The notes under the pieces: generated by a model
Databases searched by the model: none
What the model saw: the letters and a program-made list of their open reading frames with translations, nothing else
Told to the model about the DNA's origin: nothing
In this document: piece after piece, positions 36,891 through 49,689 of the stretch
Layout: each line of letters opens with the position of its first letter
How positions within the stretch are numbered: position 1 is the stretch's first letter
Source of the DNA: Basidiobolus meristosporus CBS 931.73
Lineage: Eukaryota > Fungi > Basidiobolomycota
Direction: 5' to 3'
NCBI GenBank assembly: GCA_002104905.1
Contig: MCFE01000474.1
Span: 4,906 to 68,905 of the forward strand
Length of the DNA: 64,000 nucleotides
Translations under genes and position numbers: made by a program

Positions 36891-39800
36891 ATGACAAACA
36901 CTATTTCTCAACCAGAGAGCGACCTATTCGATGAGGACGCTTTCGAAGCGTTGGCTGAGTACGAGAGCACCACAGGAGACGCCTCGTTAAACGGTAGTTT
37001 CCCTTGACCTCTGTACAGTACTCCTCCGGACGAGCCTTATTAACTCTGCTCTCCCTTCGTTTTCTACGCTCCTCTAGACCCAAAATTCAAGTTCAAAAAG
37101 GCAAAGAAGTTGGTGTTCCCAACCCAATTATCTAGCAGCCCACCTGGTAAGTTTCCCTCTGCGCTCTGGCTGCTTTTGCTTCCCTCGTGCTCGATGTAGT
37201 AACCAGCTCCATCCCTTGTCTAGCTAATATGGACCGAACTGTTCTTTTGACCTCGGAAGGGGAGCACATGACGTCTGGTTACTTGGCTTCCTCGCCAACG
37301 AACTACAAATCGTTTCAGACCCAGGATTCCGACGACGACGACGAACTACTCGTCATGAGTGTACCCCAACAGGAGCAGGGGAAACATAGCCCAACCCACA
37401 TCCCTGGTATAGGCGAGCTGCCCCTTTCCGACGTGGAGGAGTTCATCTCACAAGGGACCCCATTCGAAACTGGGTCATTGGACGAGTTCAATTCGCAAGC
37501 TGCACCTTCAGAAGAGAGCTCCATGCCGTCCACCTTTATGGAGATGGAGTCAGCCCCCGGCATCGATCCCTCCGAAACGGATGTTGCCGTGGAGAGGTTG
37601 AACACATCGAAAGCCTGCTTCACCGGCACTACCGAGCTAAACCCAGACAGCCCGGAGCAGGAGAATTCGGAGACCGAGGCATCTAGTGGTTTAGCATTTC
37701 CCACTCCCATACAGCCCGACATTTCGCAAAACCTACTGTTCCTGAGCGATGATGAGGACGAGAATGAAGGTGAGGATGCGATGTCGAACAATGCCTCTGG
37801 ACAGGAACTATTCGCCAACAAACTGTTGCACAACGGTGGTAAGGAAAGCGGGAGGTTCGGCGGCCTATTTGCAACAAGCTTTACCAAGGGCATTGTGGAG
37901 CAAGGGAGTGACGATGCCATGGATTCTGGTCGTCAACCGGGGGACTCTTCATCCATTCCGGATACCCAGAATACCAGCGGCACCTTGTTCCCGGACACGC
38001 AACCCTCGGACTTCTCCTTGGATCCAATGGGGATCCCTGCCATCCACGATCCACTGGATAAGGGAAAGGGGAAGGCCCGAGAAAGTTTCGAAGACGCCGA
38101 GGATCAAACGGCGTTATTCATGAACGTTCCTGATGAGCTAGACGACCCGGAACTGCAAGAGATGTACAGCATGCACGGGGAATCGGAAGAGTTCCAGGAG
38201 CTGCTTTCCCTGGAAAAATCCGAATCCCTGGTCAACCACAAGAAGCGGGTGTTGGACGACAACGACTTCGCCATCAGCGTAGCTGAACTGGAAACCACCG
38301 GAGAACCCATCGAAAGCTTAAAGAGTAAGTGCCCCATCCTCATCCTCGTCACCCTGGCAACAGTCATTGAACGACTCCGTTGACTATTTTAGAGCCATCC
38401 CCGCCAAGAAAAACCCTACGTTCCAAAGACACCCTGCAAGGGAGAAACGTCCCTCGAAAGGTCTTCACCCCTCACCTACGTTACACGAAGGACTACACAG
38501 AGATCCCGGAGACGGGGGCCTTTGTGTCGGCTACCACCAGCGAGGGAGCCTCCTTATTCTTCTCTCACAAAACCTCCTCCTACATCAAGCCGCAATACCA
38601 GCAGAAGAAACCGCAGAGCGGTAGCCTTCTCACCACCTCGATCTACCGAATCATGGACGAGCTGGATGACGAGCGATTCCACGAAGCACGAAACCACTCG
38701 TCCCACCGATCGGAGGAACCCGAGAACCTCCCTCAAGAGAGGATCGAAACGGACCTGTGGGTGAACAAATACGCGCCTGGTCGATTCACCGAACTCCTCG
38801 GGGACGATCGATTGAATCTCCAGGTGCTCACCTGGCTGAAGGAATGGGATTACTGCGTATTCAAGAAGGGCCCCAAACCGGGGAAAAAGCCCATCCACCA
38901 CTCGAAGTTCGACTCTGCCCCGAAGCCGGTCGACCCCTACGGCAGACCACAACGGAAGATTCTGCTGCTGACCGGGCCCCCAGGTTTGGGTAAAACGACG
39001 CTAGCCCACATCATTGGCAAGACCGCAGGGTACAATATCGTCGAGGTCAACGCCAGTGACGATCGAACCGGAGCCATGTTGAAATCCAAGCTGGTCTCGG
39101 CTACGGAAATGAGGTCCGTCCTGGGCGACAAGCGGCCAAACCTCTTGGTGATCGATGAGATCGATGGGGTTGCCCCCGGCAGCAAGGACCAGGGATTCAT
39201 CAACCTCCTGGTTGACACCATTACTGCTGGCAGTCAGCTGCCTAGCGACGGCGGCCAGGCGAAAAGCAAGAAGCGCAAGGGAAAGCACTCCCGGCCCCCA
39301 CTCCTGCGGCCGATCATCTGTATATGTAACGACCAGTATGCACCCGTACTGCGTCCATTACGAACGATCGCACAGATCCATGTGGTCCGACCTTGCTCGG
39401 CCAACAAGCTGATCGATAGGCTGCACTACATCTGCCAAGAGGAAGATATGGTCGCCGATAGCAAGGCGCTGAACGCCCTGTACGAGATGACCGACGGGGA
39501 TCTCCGTTCATGTCTGAACACCCTGCAATTCCTCAAACGAAAGACCCGCCACGTGACCATCGACACGCTGTCCCAGGTATACATCGGTCGCAAGGATATG
39601 TCGAAATCGCTCTTCACTGTGTGGGAGAATATCTTCCTCAACTCGAGCAAGCATCGCAAAACGATCAAGTTCCACTCGGCCACGGACGACTTCTGCGAGC
39701 ACGGAAGCCCAGGGGAGCTGGAGAACCGGTACGTGAGCTCGCTGGTGTCGCTGGTCCACACGAACAACGAGTACGACAAACTCGTCCAGGGGGTGTTCCA

Positions 39801-40668
39801 CAACTATCTCAACCAACGCTTCTACGACGGCTCCGGGGACAAGCTTCACAAGGCAGGCGAGTGGCTCTTCTTCTACGACCAGATGAACGCCTCGGTGTGG
39901 TCGAGCCAGCACATGGAACTATACAGCTACCTCGCCTACCCCATCGTCGGTTTCCATCCACTTTTCTCAAGCACCACACGGCCCTACATAGAGTATCCCA
40001 ACAAGCAATTCGAGACAGACCAATCCAAGCGCATGAAACGCAATATCATCGACGGGATGCTGGGCAACTTGCGGCCCACCGCCCGACGGAACTTCACCTC
40101 GACCTCCATCTCACTGGAGCTGATCTCGCCCTTGCTCCGGATCATCTCACCCGAGCTCAAGTCGGTGAACTCCCAGTTGCTGCGAGCCACGGAGAAGGCC
40201 ACTCTGGAGAGGCTGGTGGAGCTAATGATAGGATTCGGGTTGAACTTCGTCCAGGAGAAAGCGGAGGAAGCCGGGTTCGTGTACCGGATGGAGCCCCCGC
40301 TGGAAAAGCTCCTGGAGCTGTCCACCTCTCAAGCAACCGCGATCCTGATCAACCGGTACGCCGTTCGACAGCTCATCTCCCAGCACATTGAGATGGAGCT
40401 CGTGCGCAGGAAGGAGGCCAAACTCGAGGCCGAAAAGAAGGACCTTTCACACGCCAAGACCCCGTCGAAACGGGAGGATAAGCTGATCACCTCCACGATG
40501 ACCACGTTCTTCTTGCGCAAGTCTCCTCGTGACAGCAAGCGAGACTCCCACCCCGTCGCCCAGTCCCCTAAGAATCCGAATCACGCCAAGCCGCTGGTCT
40601 GGTACAAGTACCACCAAGGTCTCTCAGACGCAGTGAGAAAGCCCATGTACGTGAACGACTGGTTCTAA
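36891..40668 (+). CDS. CTF18: Chromosome transmission fidelity protein 18 (RFC-like clamp loader), 4 exons, ~1190 aa
   Basis: In-frame introns 36994-37077, 37147-37199 and 38325-38392. LWVNKYAP, Walker A GPPGLGKTT, EVNASDDR, Walker B LLVIDEIDG, RPIICICNDQYAPVLRPLR, C-terminal VRKPMYVNDWF. Confidence 0.92.
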
Positions 40669-40858
40669 CGTCGCCTCGCGCCCACCATTCCGCATCCCCC
40701 GACATACACACCTCCCCCCTCACCCTTCGTGGTTGTACCATATTCTTTGCTAATAAATTAGACTAAACCCTCAAGCGGCTTTATTTGGGAATTCAACTAT
40801 GTACAGTATATACCATTAGATGGTTGTTCGATTGCTTTAGGCAACCATCAGGGAAGCG

Positions 40859-41553
40859 TCATGATGGGATTTTACGCCGGCCGTGTCGCAATTGATGGCA
40901 TTCGTAAGGCGCACCTCTCTTGGCGGTGGCGTGGACGGGCTCGCTGGAAGTCGGGAAGGTCCGGGGGTTCCCGCTTGCCGTCGTAGTCCGCAGCAACACC
41001 GACCACTTCTCAAAAGACCGCGTGGTAATGAACAGCTGAAATTGGATGGCTTTGAGGAACTCCAGCTCGTCTGTGTTAAGCTGGGGAATAGGAATGTTGG
41101 ACAGCCTAGACCATGTCTGGGTGGAGACGGCCCGATCCTGTAGGAACTTGTGGGCTGTGACCAAAGCGGCCATGAAGAGTCTACCGCCACATCCCACCGG
41201 TGACTGAACACCCTTCTCGCGGAAACGGCCCAGAGGGTCCTCCTCAGCAGGAACCGCCCTCATACTATTCAGCCGAAACAGGTACAATATGGCGGTGAGC
41301 AGAGTCGAGTAGGTGGTCCCGGAGTAGTGGACCACCCGACGGAGGAAGCAGTTGAGTTGGAAGGTATCGAAGGTTTGCGACAGGATGGAGTGCAGCGTCA
41401 ACACCGCAAAGTCTACACAATAGATGGTGGGGGAGGGGTTAACCCTTGGCGTGCGCTCGCTCTCGACGGGAACTTACCAAAAGTCAGATCCAGGAAATTC
41501 GCTTTGTTGCCAGCCAAAGACACCCCGCTTCTGGTTGAGATACTTGCGCTCAT
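40859..41553 (-). CDS. PCL/Pho80-type (Pho85-partner) cyclin, 2 exons
   Basis: Intron 41413-41477 joins in frame. Cyclin box FLRRVVHYSGTTYSTLLTAILYLFRL...RLFMAALVTAHKFLQD...TWS...LNTDELEFLKAIQFQLFI. Confidence 0.85.
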
Positions 41554-42137
41554 TCTGGGTTAGGTTCACAACACAAATCAAGGTGGGGGCAAGGCAATAT
41601 GATCCATGCACGTGGTGAGAGGTAATTTGCGACTAGGGCTAACTCTTCTCTTGAAGCGGGAACACGTAAAATCAGCCACGGTGTAACAAGGAAGAGGTCT
41701 GCGTTAAAAAAAAAAGAAGCTTGTATTCCTGTGACTAGGTCTTGAGGTCTCCCAAGAAGAGAAGACTAGCCAAAATTTGGTGAGAATGGGCCAATTTAAG
41801 AGAAAAATCCAGACCCTCCAACCAACGAGGAATCAATCTATCGACTAGACCAAATTTGTTGAGATTGACTCATGCCAAGATCTGCCAAGGCTGATCGTCA
41901 TTTCAACCAAACAACGTTGATTAACTCGTGGGTTAAGATGAGAAGGATGATTTAACCTGGCCTCCCCAGCTGGCCAATGGGATGAGCCATGAATGTGTTT
42001 ACGTTTTCATGAATTGTTTTGGAGAGGGAAATTTTTTTCTAGTGTCGAGGCTACTTATTGTCGAGATCGTTGTTGGCCCACCATTTCACCACATTCCCCG
42101 CCGATAGTTGATTATGTTGGACGCATCTAAGATTGCT

Positions 42138-42558
42138 ATGTCTCGCGGAAGGGACGAGCAAAAGAAAATGGACATCGCCAAATACCAGGACCAGATCTAC
42201 TATTCCGATAGATACAGTGGTAAGCAACTTTCGACTTCCCCCGACCAACCGAGAGTAAACTAAGTTCCTGTTGAAGATGATGAGTATGAGTTTAGACACG
42301 TGACACTACCCAAACCCCTTGTCAAGTACGTCCCAAAGATCGTCTGATGTCCGAGGAGGAATGGAGAGGCCTTGGTGTAACTCAATCCCCTGGTTGGGAG
42401 CATTACATGATTCACGGTAGGGTCAGTCTTTCTATCATAACCCGAAGAGCCCTCTGGACTAACCAACTCCCCTCCCAGCCCCCGAGCCACACATCCTACT
42501 ATTCAAGAGAGAAAAAGACTACCAGTTGAAGTACCCCAATGGGAAGCCCAAGTGCTAA
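42138..42558 (+). CDS. CKS1: Cyclin-dependent kinase regulatory subunit, 3 exons, apparent 1-nt deletion at ~42333
   Basis: [22 protein letters not shown]...[35 protein letters not shown]. Introns 42220-42276 and ~42417-42478. Not recovered as one ORF in the track. Confidence 0.9.
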
Positions 42559-42963
42559 GCCGCGACCTTCCCATTGAATACACCACAATACATCCCACCC
42601 AAACCTGTCAGTCCACTACTTCTACATTCCATGTAATATATAAACTATCTCCCAATTCCTAAACCCTCGTTCCGCTTCTTCTACACAGAATCGAGCTTCT
42701 CGTCCACCCCGGATGTGGAATGTGCCAGAAGTATGGAATAAACCCGTTTCTAGAAGATGGATTGGATTGGAGATTCGAGCTTTATTTCTAAAGTGAACAG
42801 AATGGGGATGCATAACATTTACTGATGTATGTGGGTGTGCGAATATGGGTGCTGGACTTGTAGCCGATTGGAGTAGAAAGATAAAGATTCAAGAAATTAC
42901 TCTCCCACGGCACCGCGGGAGGCGAATGTTGAAGATGTTTACATGGGTGGATGCGCCGGCCCT

Positions 42964-44865
42964 TTACAATGGGATGTTGCCATGCTTCTTGGCGGGGTTG
43001 GTGAGCTTCTTGTTCTCCAACATCTCAAGATCCTCGATGATTCTTCTACGTGTGGTGGATGGGACGATGATGTCATCCAAGTAGCCGCGAGAGGCGGCGG
43101 GGAGTGGGTTGGCGAACTTCTTGACGTACTCGGCCTCGGCGTCAGCTGGTGGGGCCAGTTAGTGAGTGGAACGCCGCACGGGCTGCTGAATTGACTGTTA
43201 CTTACCTCTGTTGGATTCGTTTCTGAAGATAATCTCGACCGCACCCTTGGCACCCATGACGGCAATCTCGGCGGTTGGCCAGGCGTAGTTAAGATCACCA
43301 CGGAGATGCTTGGAGCTCATGACATCGTAAGCACCACCATAAGCCTTACGAGTGATCACAGTGATCTTGGGAACGGTGGCCTCGGCGTAGGCGTAGAGCA
43401 ACTTGGCGCCATGTCTAATGATGCCGTTGTATTCTTGGGCAGTACCAGGAAGGAAGCCAGGGACATCGACGAATGTGACGATGGGAATGTTGAAGGCATC
43501 GCAGAAGCGGACGAATCTGGCGGCCTTAACGGAGGAGTTGATGTCCAAAACACCCGAGGACACCAGAGGGTTGTTTCCAACGATTGAGACGGTGCGACCG
43601 TTCATACGTCCGAAACCAATGACAATGTTCTTGGCATAGTCTGGCATGACTTCGAAGAAGTGGCCGTCGTCGACCACTCTGGAGATGACGTCCTTCATGT
43701 CATAGGCCTGGGTGGAGTCAGCGGGAACGATCTGATCAAGGACGGGGTCTTGGCGTTCTTTGGAGTCCTTGGTGAAGCGGGTAGGGCTGCTCTCGCGGTT
43801 GGACAGTGGGATGAAGTCGACGAATTCTCTCAATTTGGCAATGGCCTCCATGTCGTTCTCGAATGCGTTGTGCGCAACACCGGACTTGACGGTGTGGGTC
43901 TTGGCTCCGCCCAACTCATCCTGGGTCACTGTTTCGTTGGTGACGGCCTTGACGACATCAGGCCCGGTGACAAAGAGGTAGGAGCTGTCACGGACCATGA
44001 AGGTGAAGTCGGTAAGCGCGGGGGAGTAGACAGCACCACCGGCGCAAGGACCCATGATCATGGAGATCTGCGGAATCACTCCAGAGGCCTCAACGTTCTT
44101 CTGGAAAATATCAGCATAGCCAGCCAATGAATCAACTCCCTCTTGGATACGAGCACCTCCAGAGTCGTTGAGGCCAATGACAGGGGCGCCAACCAGCATT
44201 GCCTTATCCATGACCTGAAGAGATGGTTAGAACACGCTCACGTGAGAGCAACCTTTCACCTGCAAGTACCTTGCAAATCTTGGAGGCGTGCATCTTCGAC
44301 AAACTGCCACCGAAAGCAGTGAAGTCCTGACTGAACACGTACACCAGACGGCCGTTGATTTTACCGTAGCCAGTGACGACACCGTCTCCGGTGATCTTGT
44401 TGTTTTGCATTCCGAAGTCGTAGCACTGGTGCTCGACAAAAGCATCGTACTCCCTGAAGGTTCCGGCGTCCAGCAAGAGATCGATTCTCTCGCGGGCAGT
44501 CAGCTTGCCCTTGAGAACAGATGCGGTTTAGTAAAGGGAGGAAGGAGGTCGTCAGAATGGGAAGCTCACTTTGTTATGCTGGGCGTCGATACGCTTTTGG
44601 CCACCTCCAAGAGTAGCGGCCGTTCTTTTCTCCTCGATTCTTTCAAGGATAGCCTGGTGAAATGAGCTGAAGTAAGGAAACCTGCAACGTCAGCAAGAAA
44701 AGACGAGTTCTCACAAACCTGCTCTTTGGTGTTGCCAGTGGCGTATCCTCTGAGCAGAGAAACGGAGCTTAGGCGGGTGATGGGAGCTTTGGCAGCGAAC
44801 ATATTGAGTCTAGCGCGACCCAACATAGGGGCGGCGTAGCGTGATAGTAACTGGGCAGTGCGCAT
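42964..44865 (-). CDS. PCCB: Propionyl-CoA carboxylase beta subunit, mitochondrial, 5 exons
   Basis: Arg/Ser-rich presequence, [68 protein letters not shown]-terminal KKHGNIPL. Confidence 0.93.
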
Positions 44866-46129
44866 TTTTGGGGAAAAAGCACAGTCAACGTAAAATGGTT
44901 CAAAAACTTGGCCTTGATGTGGGCTCCTCCCAGGGCCTATATTTATGTATTGTCGGAAAAGGCGCGCCGGTAAAGTCTATCGGTATTTTGGGCAGCAACC
45001 TCATGAACAATCAATACAGTCGAAGCTACCCGGGATGCTACGCAATCGAGCCAATTCTACCCGTATTGAGGCTTAAAAATGGATGACATCTAGATGTCCA
45101 CCCCCATGTGATTGGTAACTACCTTCATTTAAGACTCCGGAAGGACACGACCAATTAAGCCATTTGTGTATGGGGCAATTGCCTGAGCCTTCGAAATTCT
45201 CACGGATCGTTGCCATTCTGAAACATCAGCCAAATGCCATATTTCCCTCCGCTTGACAACACGTATTGGTGGAGGATTAGGTTACTCAACCGCATGTAAG
45301 GTTCTCTCCGTAATGGCCGCTCCGAAGGGGAAGGTCATTGGAGCGGCCGAGCTGGTGTGAGTGCGAGCTCGGCAAAGGCTCGCAACAGGCCAGAACTTCC
45401 TCCAGAACAGGGATGGCTTTGAGTAACTCCGAGTGAGAATATAACTATATCTGTGCCGGCGGCAATGCGTAATCGTCCCAAGTGGCACAATTGGGAATCT
45501 CTTAAGGTTACTGCTTAGGCAGTAGCTGCTAAGGCATACTGCAAGTCTCGAATTATCCACACTCAGTGGCTTGGGTAATTGGCCTCAATAAATGAGATCA
45601 TTGTAATGATCGGATTCAGGCCATTATTATCGGGATGTAGCAGCTAATTCTGGTTGAACGATCTTCAGGAATCATCAATGTGGGGGCATCCCGTGGAGGC
45701 TGCGATTGGGGCTCTTTTCAACCAGGGTTACCTAAGCTATGTGGATGTCTCAGAGTGGGTTCCGATTTCTGGCATCCACTGAGAGATACAGGCATATTAC
45801 TTTTATGAGTTGACGAACAGAAGCTCTGGTTTCTGCATCCAGATCGAAATTTGGAACTGGCCAGCCATCACTGATGCTGACGGGATCTAGAGTCCAAGTT
45901 CAGGGGTGAGGCCAGAATCCATGCGCGGCGACCGTGGTATTATTGAGGACTCTCACGGGTGCGGTAACCCCGGTGGCCTCCAGGTAAATTACCCATTTGA
46001 ATGCAGTAGCATTGTAAAACTATGTATAGGCTCAGGGATACACGTGAACCGACTACCGTTTCCACAAAAGCCCATGGTTCTTATATATATCCTTTGCTCC
46101 ATGCTATCACCTCAACTCTCCGCAAGAAT

Positions 46130-48704
46130 ATGTTTGCTAAACTAAGACACGTCCCTCGGTTTTCGGCCAACTTGTTGTTGGCTCGTCAATCTGCAGTAAC
46201 TCTTCGTCCTGCTTCCTACCAATTTATCCATACCACAGCTACTGCTTTCAAGGCTAATGTGCAAGAGAACGTTGACTATGGAAAGGTGAGCTTCCCCAGA
46301 GCAACCCTCTCTTTCCGCACTGCGAGACTGACGTCCGCTTTTCTTCTAGACTTTCGATAAGATTTTGATTGCCAACCGTGGTGAAATTGCCTGCAGAGTC
46401 ATTCGTACTTGTAAGAAGATGGGCATCAAGACCGTTGCCATTTACTCCGACGCCGACGCCAACAGTCTCCACGTCAAGCTTGCTGATGAGGCCTACAACG
46501 TGGTAAGTACCGGCTGACAAAGACAAGCAGTTGGGACTCGCTTTTGAATATCTTCTTCAGGGACCTGCTCCTACCAGCCAGAGTTACCTCAACGTGCCCG
46601 CTATTCTAAACGCTATCAAAGAGAGTGGCGCCAAGGCCGTTCACCCAGGTGACCGCCACCTCTAGACCACTTCTGCCCAAAGCGAGGCTCCTAACCGTTC
46701 CATCAACTAGGATATGGCTTCTTGTCAGAAAACGCCGCCTTTGTCCAGACCCTTGAGAAGGAAGGTGTCACTTTCATTGGCCCCGGTGAATACGCCATGG
46801 GCGCTATGGGTGATAAGATCCAGAGTAAAATCATTGCTAAGGAAGCCGGTGTCAGCACGATTCCTGGCTTCAACGGAGTCGTTAGAGATGCCGATCACGC
46901 CTTGGAAATCGGTAAGAAACTTCACAGGCTGTGTGGTGGGAACCAACCTAACTGTGAGATGTCTTAGCTCATGAGATTGGGTACCCTGTAATGTTGAAGG
47001 CCTCTGCTGGTGGTGGTGGCAAGGGTATGCGTATTGCTTGGTAAGTGGGATTCACGCATCTAATAGTGCTGCCTGGGCAACACTAACGGCATCCGTAGGA
47101 ACGACGAGGAGGTCGTCTCTGGCTTCAAGATCGCCTCCAGCGAGTCCATGTCTAGCTTCGGTGACAACAGATTGCTCGTTGAAAAATATGTTGACAACCC
47201 ACGTCACATCGAAATCCAGATTCTGGCCGACAAACACGACAACGTAGTTTATCTTCCCGAAAGAGAATGCTCCATCCAACGTCGTAACCAGAAGGTTATC
47301 GAAGAAGCCCCCAGTACTCACTTGGACGAAGCCACCAGAAAGGCCATGGGTGAACAAGCAGTTGCTCTGGCCAAGAAAGTCGGCTACTCCTCTGCTGGTA
47401 AGTCAAGGGTGTTTCGCTGAGATGGCCCAAATCTTCTAACATGCTTGTTCCTAGGTACTGTTGAATTCTTGGTTGACTCCCAAAGAAACTTCTATTTCTT
47501 GGAGATGAACACCCGTCTTCAGGTGGAGCACCCTATCACTGAATATATCTCTGGAGTGGACCTTGTCGAGCAAATGATCCGCGTCGCTGCCGGCCAGAAG
47601 CTGGCTTTGCAACAAAAGGACCTCACCATCCACGGTTGGGCCATCGAATCCAGAGTGTATGCCGAGGATCCCGAGAAGTACCTTCCATCCATCGGTCGCC
47701 TCAGCAAGTACATTGAGCCCAAGAGCTTGAAGGGCAAGGGTGAAGTCAGATGCGACAGCGGTATTATTGAAGGAAGTGAGATCAGTATCTACTACGACCC
47801 CATGATCTGTAAACTCTGCACTCACGGTGACACCAGAGACGAAGCCATTGAGAACATGAAGAAGGCCCTCGACTCCTATGTGATCAAGGGAGTCACCCAC
47901 AACATTCCTCTGCTTCGTGAAGTGGTCTCCCACCCTAGATTTGCCAGTGGCAAAATCTCCACCAAATTCCTTGCTGAAGAGTACCCAGAAGGATTTAAGG
48001 GACATTCTCTCAACGAGGAGACATCGAACGAGCTCGCTTCAATCGCTGCTCTAGTGTACGCTAAGCGTGACATCCGCAACAAGGCCTTTGGCAAGGACCT
48101 CAACCTCAGCGAGCTTGAAAGAAAGGTTCCCCAAGAGTGGAACTTGTATGTGAACCCCACCCCCGCCGACAAGGACAAGGTGATGAAGGTAAAGGTCAGC
48201 AGGGAGGGACCTGTCTCCCTCGAATCCAACTCCAAGTTCTCGGTCTCCATCGATGATAAGGAGCCAGTTGCCGTCGAGGCTGACTGGGAACTTGAGTCAT
48301 CCTTGGTAAACGCTCGCTTCAACGAAAAGGAGGTTGACGTTCAATACCTCGATCCCCAGCCACTAGGCTTCAAGCTTCAACACTACGGCACCAAGTTCGA
48401 TGTTAGTGTCCTCAATGAGGCCCAGCAACAATTCTCTCAATACATGAAGGAGAAGCCCAAGCAAGACATGGCCAAGTTCCTGATCTCTCCTATGCCCGGA
48501 AGTGTTGTCAGCATTGCCGTCAAGCCAGGTGATGTTATTGCCGAAGGAGCAGAGTTGGCAGTGGTCGAAGCCATGAAGATGCAGAACGTCTTGCGGGCCA
48601 CTCGTGTCGGCAAAGTAAAGAAGGTGTACACCCAACCCGGCACTAGCGTTGGTGCAGAGGAGATCCTTATTGAATTCGAGGATGACAAGCCCGAGGCCAA
48701 ATAA
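46130..48704 (+). CDS. PCCA: Propionyl-CoA carboxylase alpha subunit (biotin carboxylase plus biotinyl domain), mitochondrial, 7 exons
   Basis: Presequence [92 protein letters not shown], biotinylation EAMKMQN. Confidence 0.93.
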
Positions 48705-48964
48705 GCAGCTCACCAAGCCAGTCATTCAACCAAATCTCCATTCATTCACACCGAGTTCCAGCAACAGTGCATTTATTTTACTTTCAATCTATCATCAACC
48801 AATAGCCCAACATGCCAGATAATTTCTGATGGCCTTGATTGCACCAATGTATAGCATTTTTAGACACATTTTGTTAAATAAAAATGTCTTCCTTCTACAT
48901 TAGCATGGGCAATTGCCGGCATGCTGGTCAGGATTGATTCTAAACTAAACAAACAAATCAGGTA

Positions 48965-49270
48965 GTGCTTAACCAGGACCGACTTTTAAATGTTGCATCA
49001 ACATGTGCTTAACCATGCGGTGAGTCACCAACATAGCTGACCAGGATGGACCGCCAACCCCAAATGGACGACTCACGTGCCCAACTAGGATGGACAATGT
49101 CGCTTCTGCGTTCGCTTAACTATGTGATTAATAACCGACATAGCTAACCAGGATGGACTTCTCCATGTCGCTCCAACATCACCGGAGCCGGCTTGGTATT
49201 GGTAACGCTAACCTCTACGATTGGATGGATCGATGGATCAACGGATCACCAATCGCCAATCGCCAATCCA
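48965..49270 (+). promoter_or_regulatory. Motif-repeat region upstream of RPL37
   Basis: AGGATGGAC x3 (two within ACATAGCT.ACCAGGATGGAC), GCTTAAC x3, then CCAAT x3 about 90 bp before the ATG. Confidence 0.5.
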
Positions 49271-49350
49271 AGAATATTCATAAACGAGTGCACATGTGAT
49301 GAGTTCCTTCTTTTCCAAAACCCAGCTGCGTTTGATATCTCCCATCCGTC

Positions 49351-49689
49351 ATGGTATGCACCACCCATCCATCTTATTGACAACGGCTGTTACTCACCCA
49401 ACTTATGTGAATTTAGACTAAGGGTACCCAAAGTTTTGGTAAACGCCACACCAAGAGTCACACTCTCTGCCGTCGTTGTGGCAAGCGCTCTTTCCATAAC
49501 CAGAAGAAGACTTGCGCCTCTTGTGGATACCCTGCTGCCAAGATCCGCAGCTTCAACTGGGGCCAGAAGGCCAAGCGTAGAAAGACTACCGGCACTGGTC
49601 GTATGAGATATCTTAAGAACGTGTCCCGTCGCTTCAAGAATGGTTTCCGTGAGGGTACTCAAGCTCAAAAGCAAACTGCCTCTGCTTAA
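49351..49689 (+). CDS. RPL37: 60S ribosomal protein L37 (eL37), ATG-only first exon
   Basis: ATG|gtatgc..ttag (intron 49354-49416), then [39 protein letters not shown]...[15 protein letters not shown]. Confidence 0.97.

Noticed and set aside
45260-45560. ORF 45282-45560 and small hairpins (CTACTGC-TTAG-GCAGTAG) between PCCB and PCCA
   Set aside because: Non-ATG start, no motifs; short hairpins are expected by chance.
34050-49080. CACGTG E-boxes in several promoters
   Set aside because: About five sites in ~17 kb is close to chance expectation.
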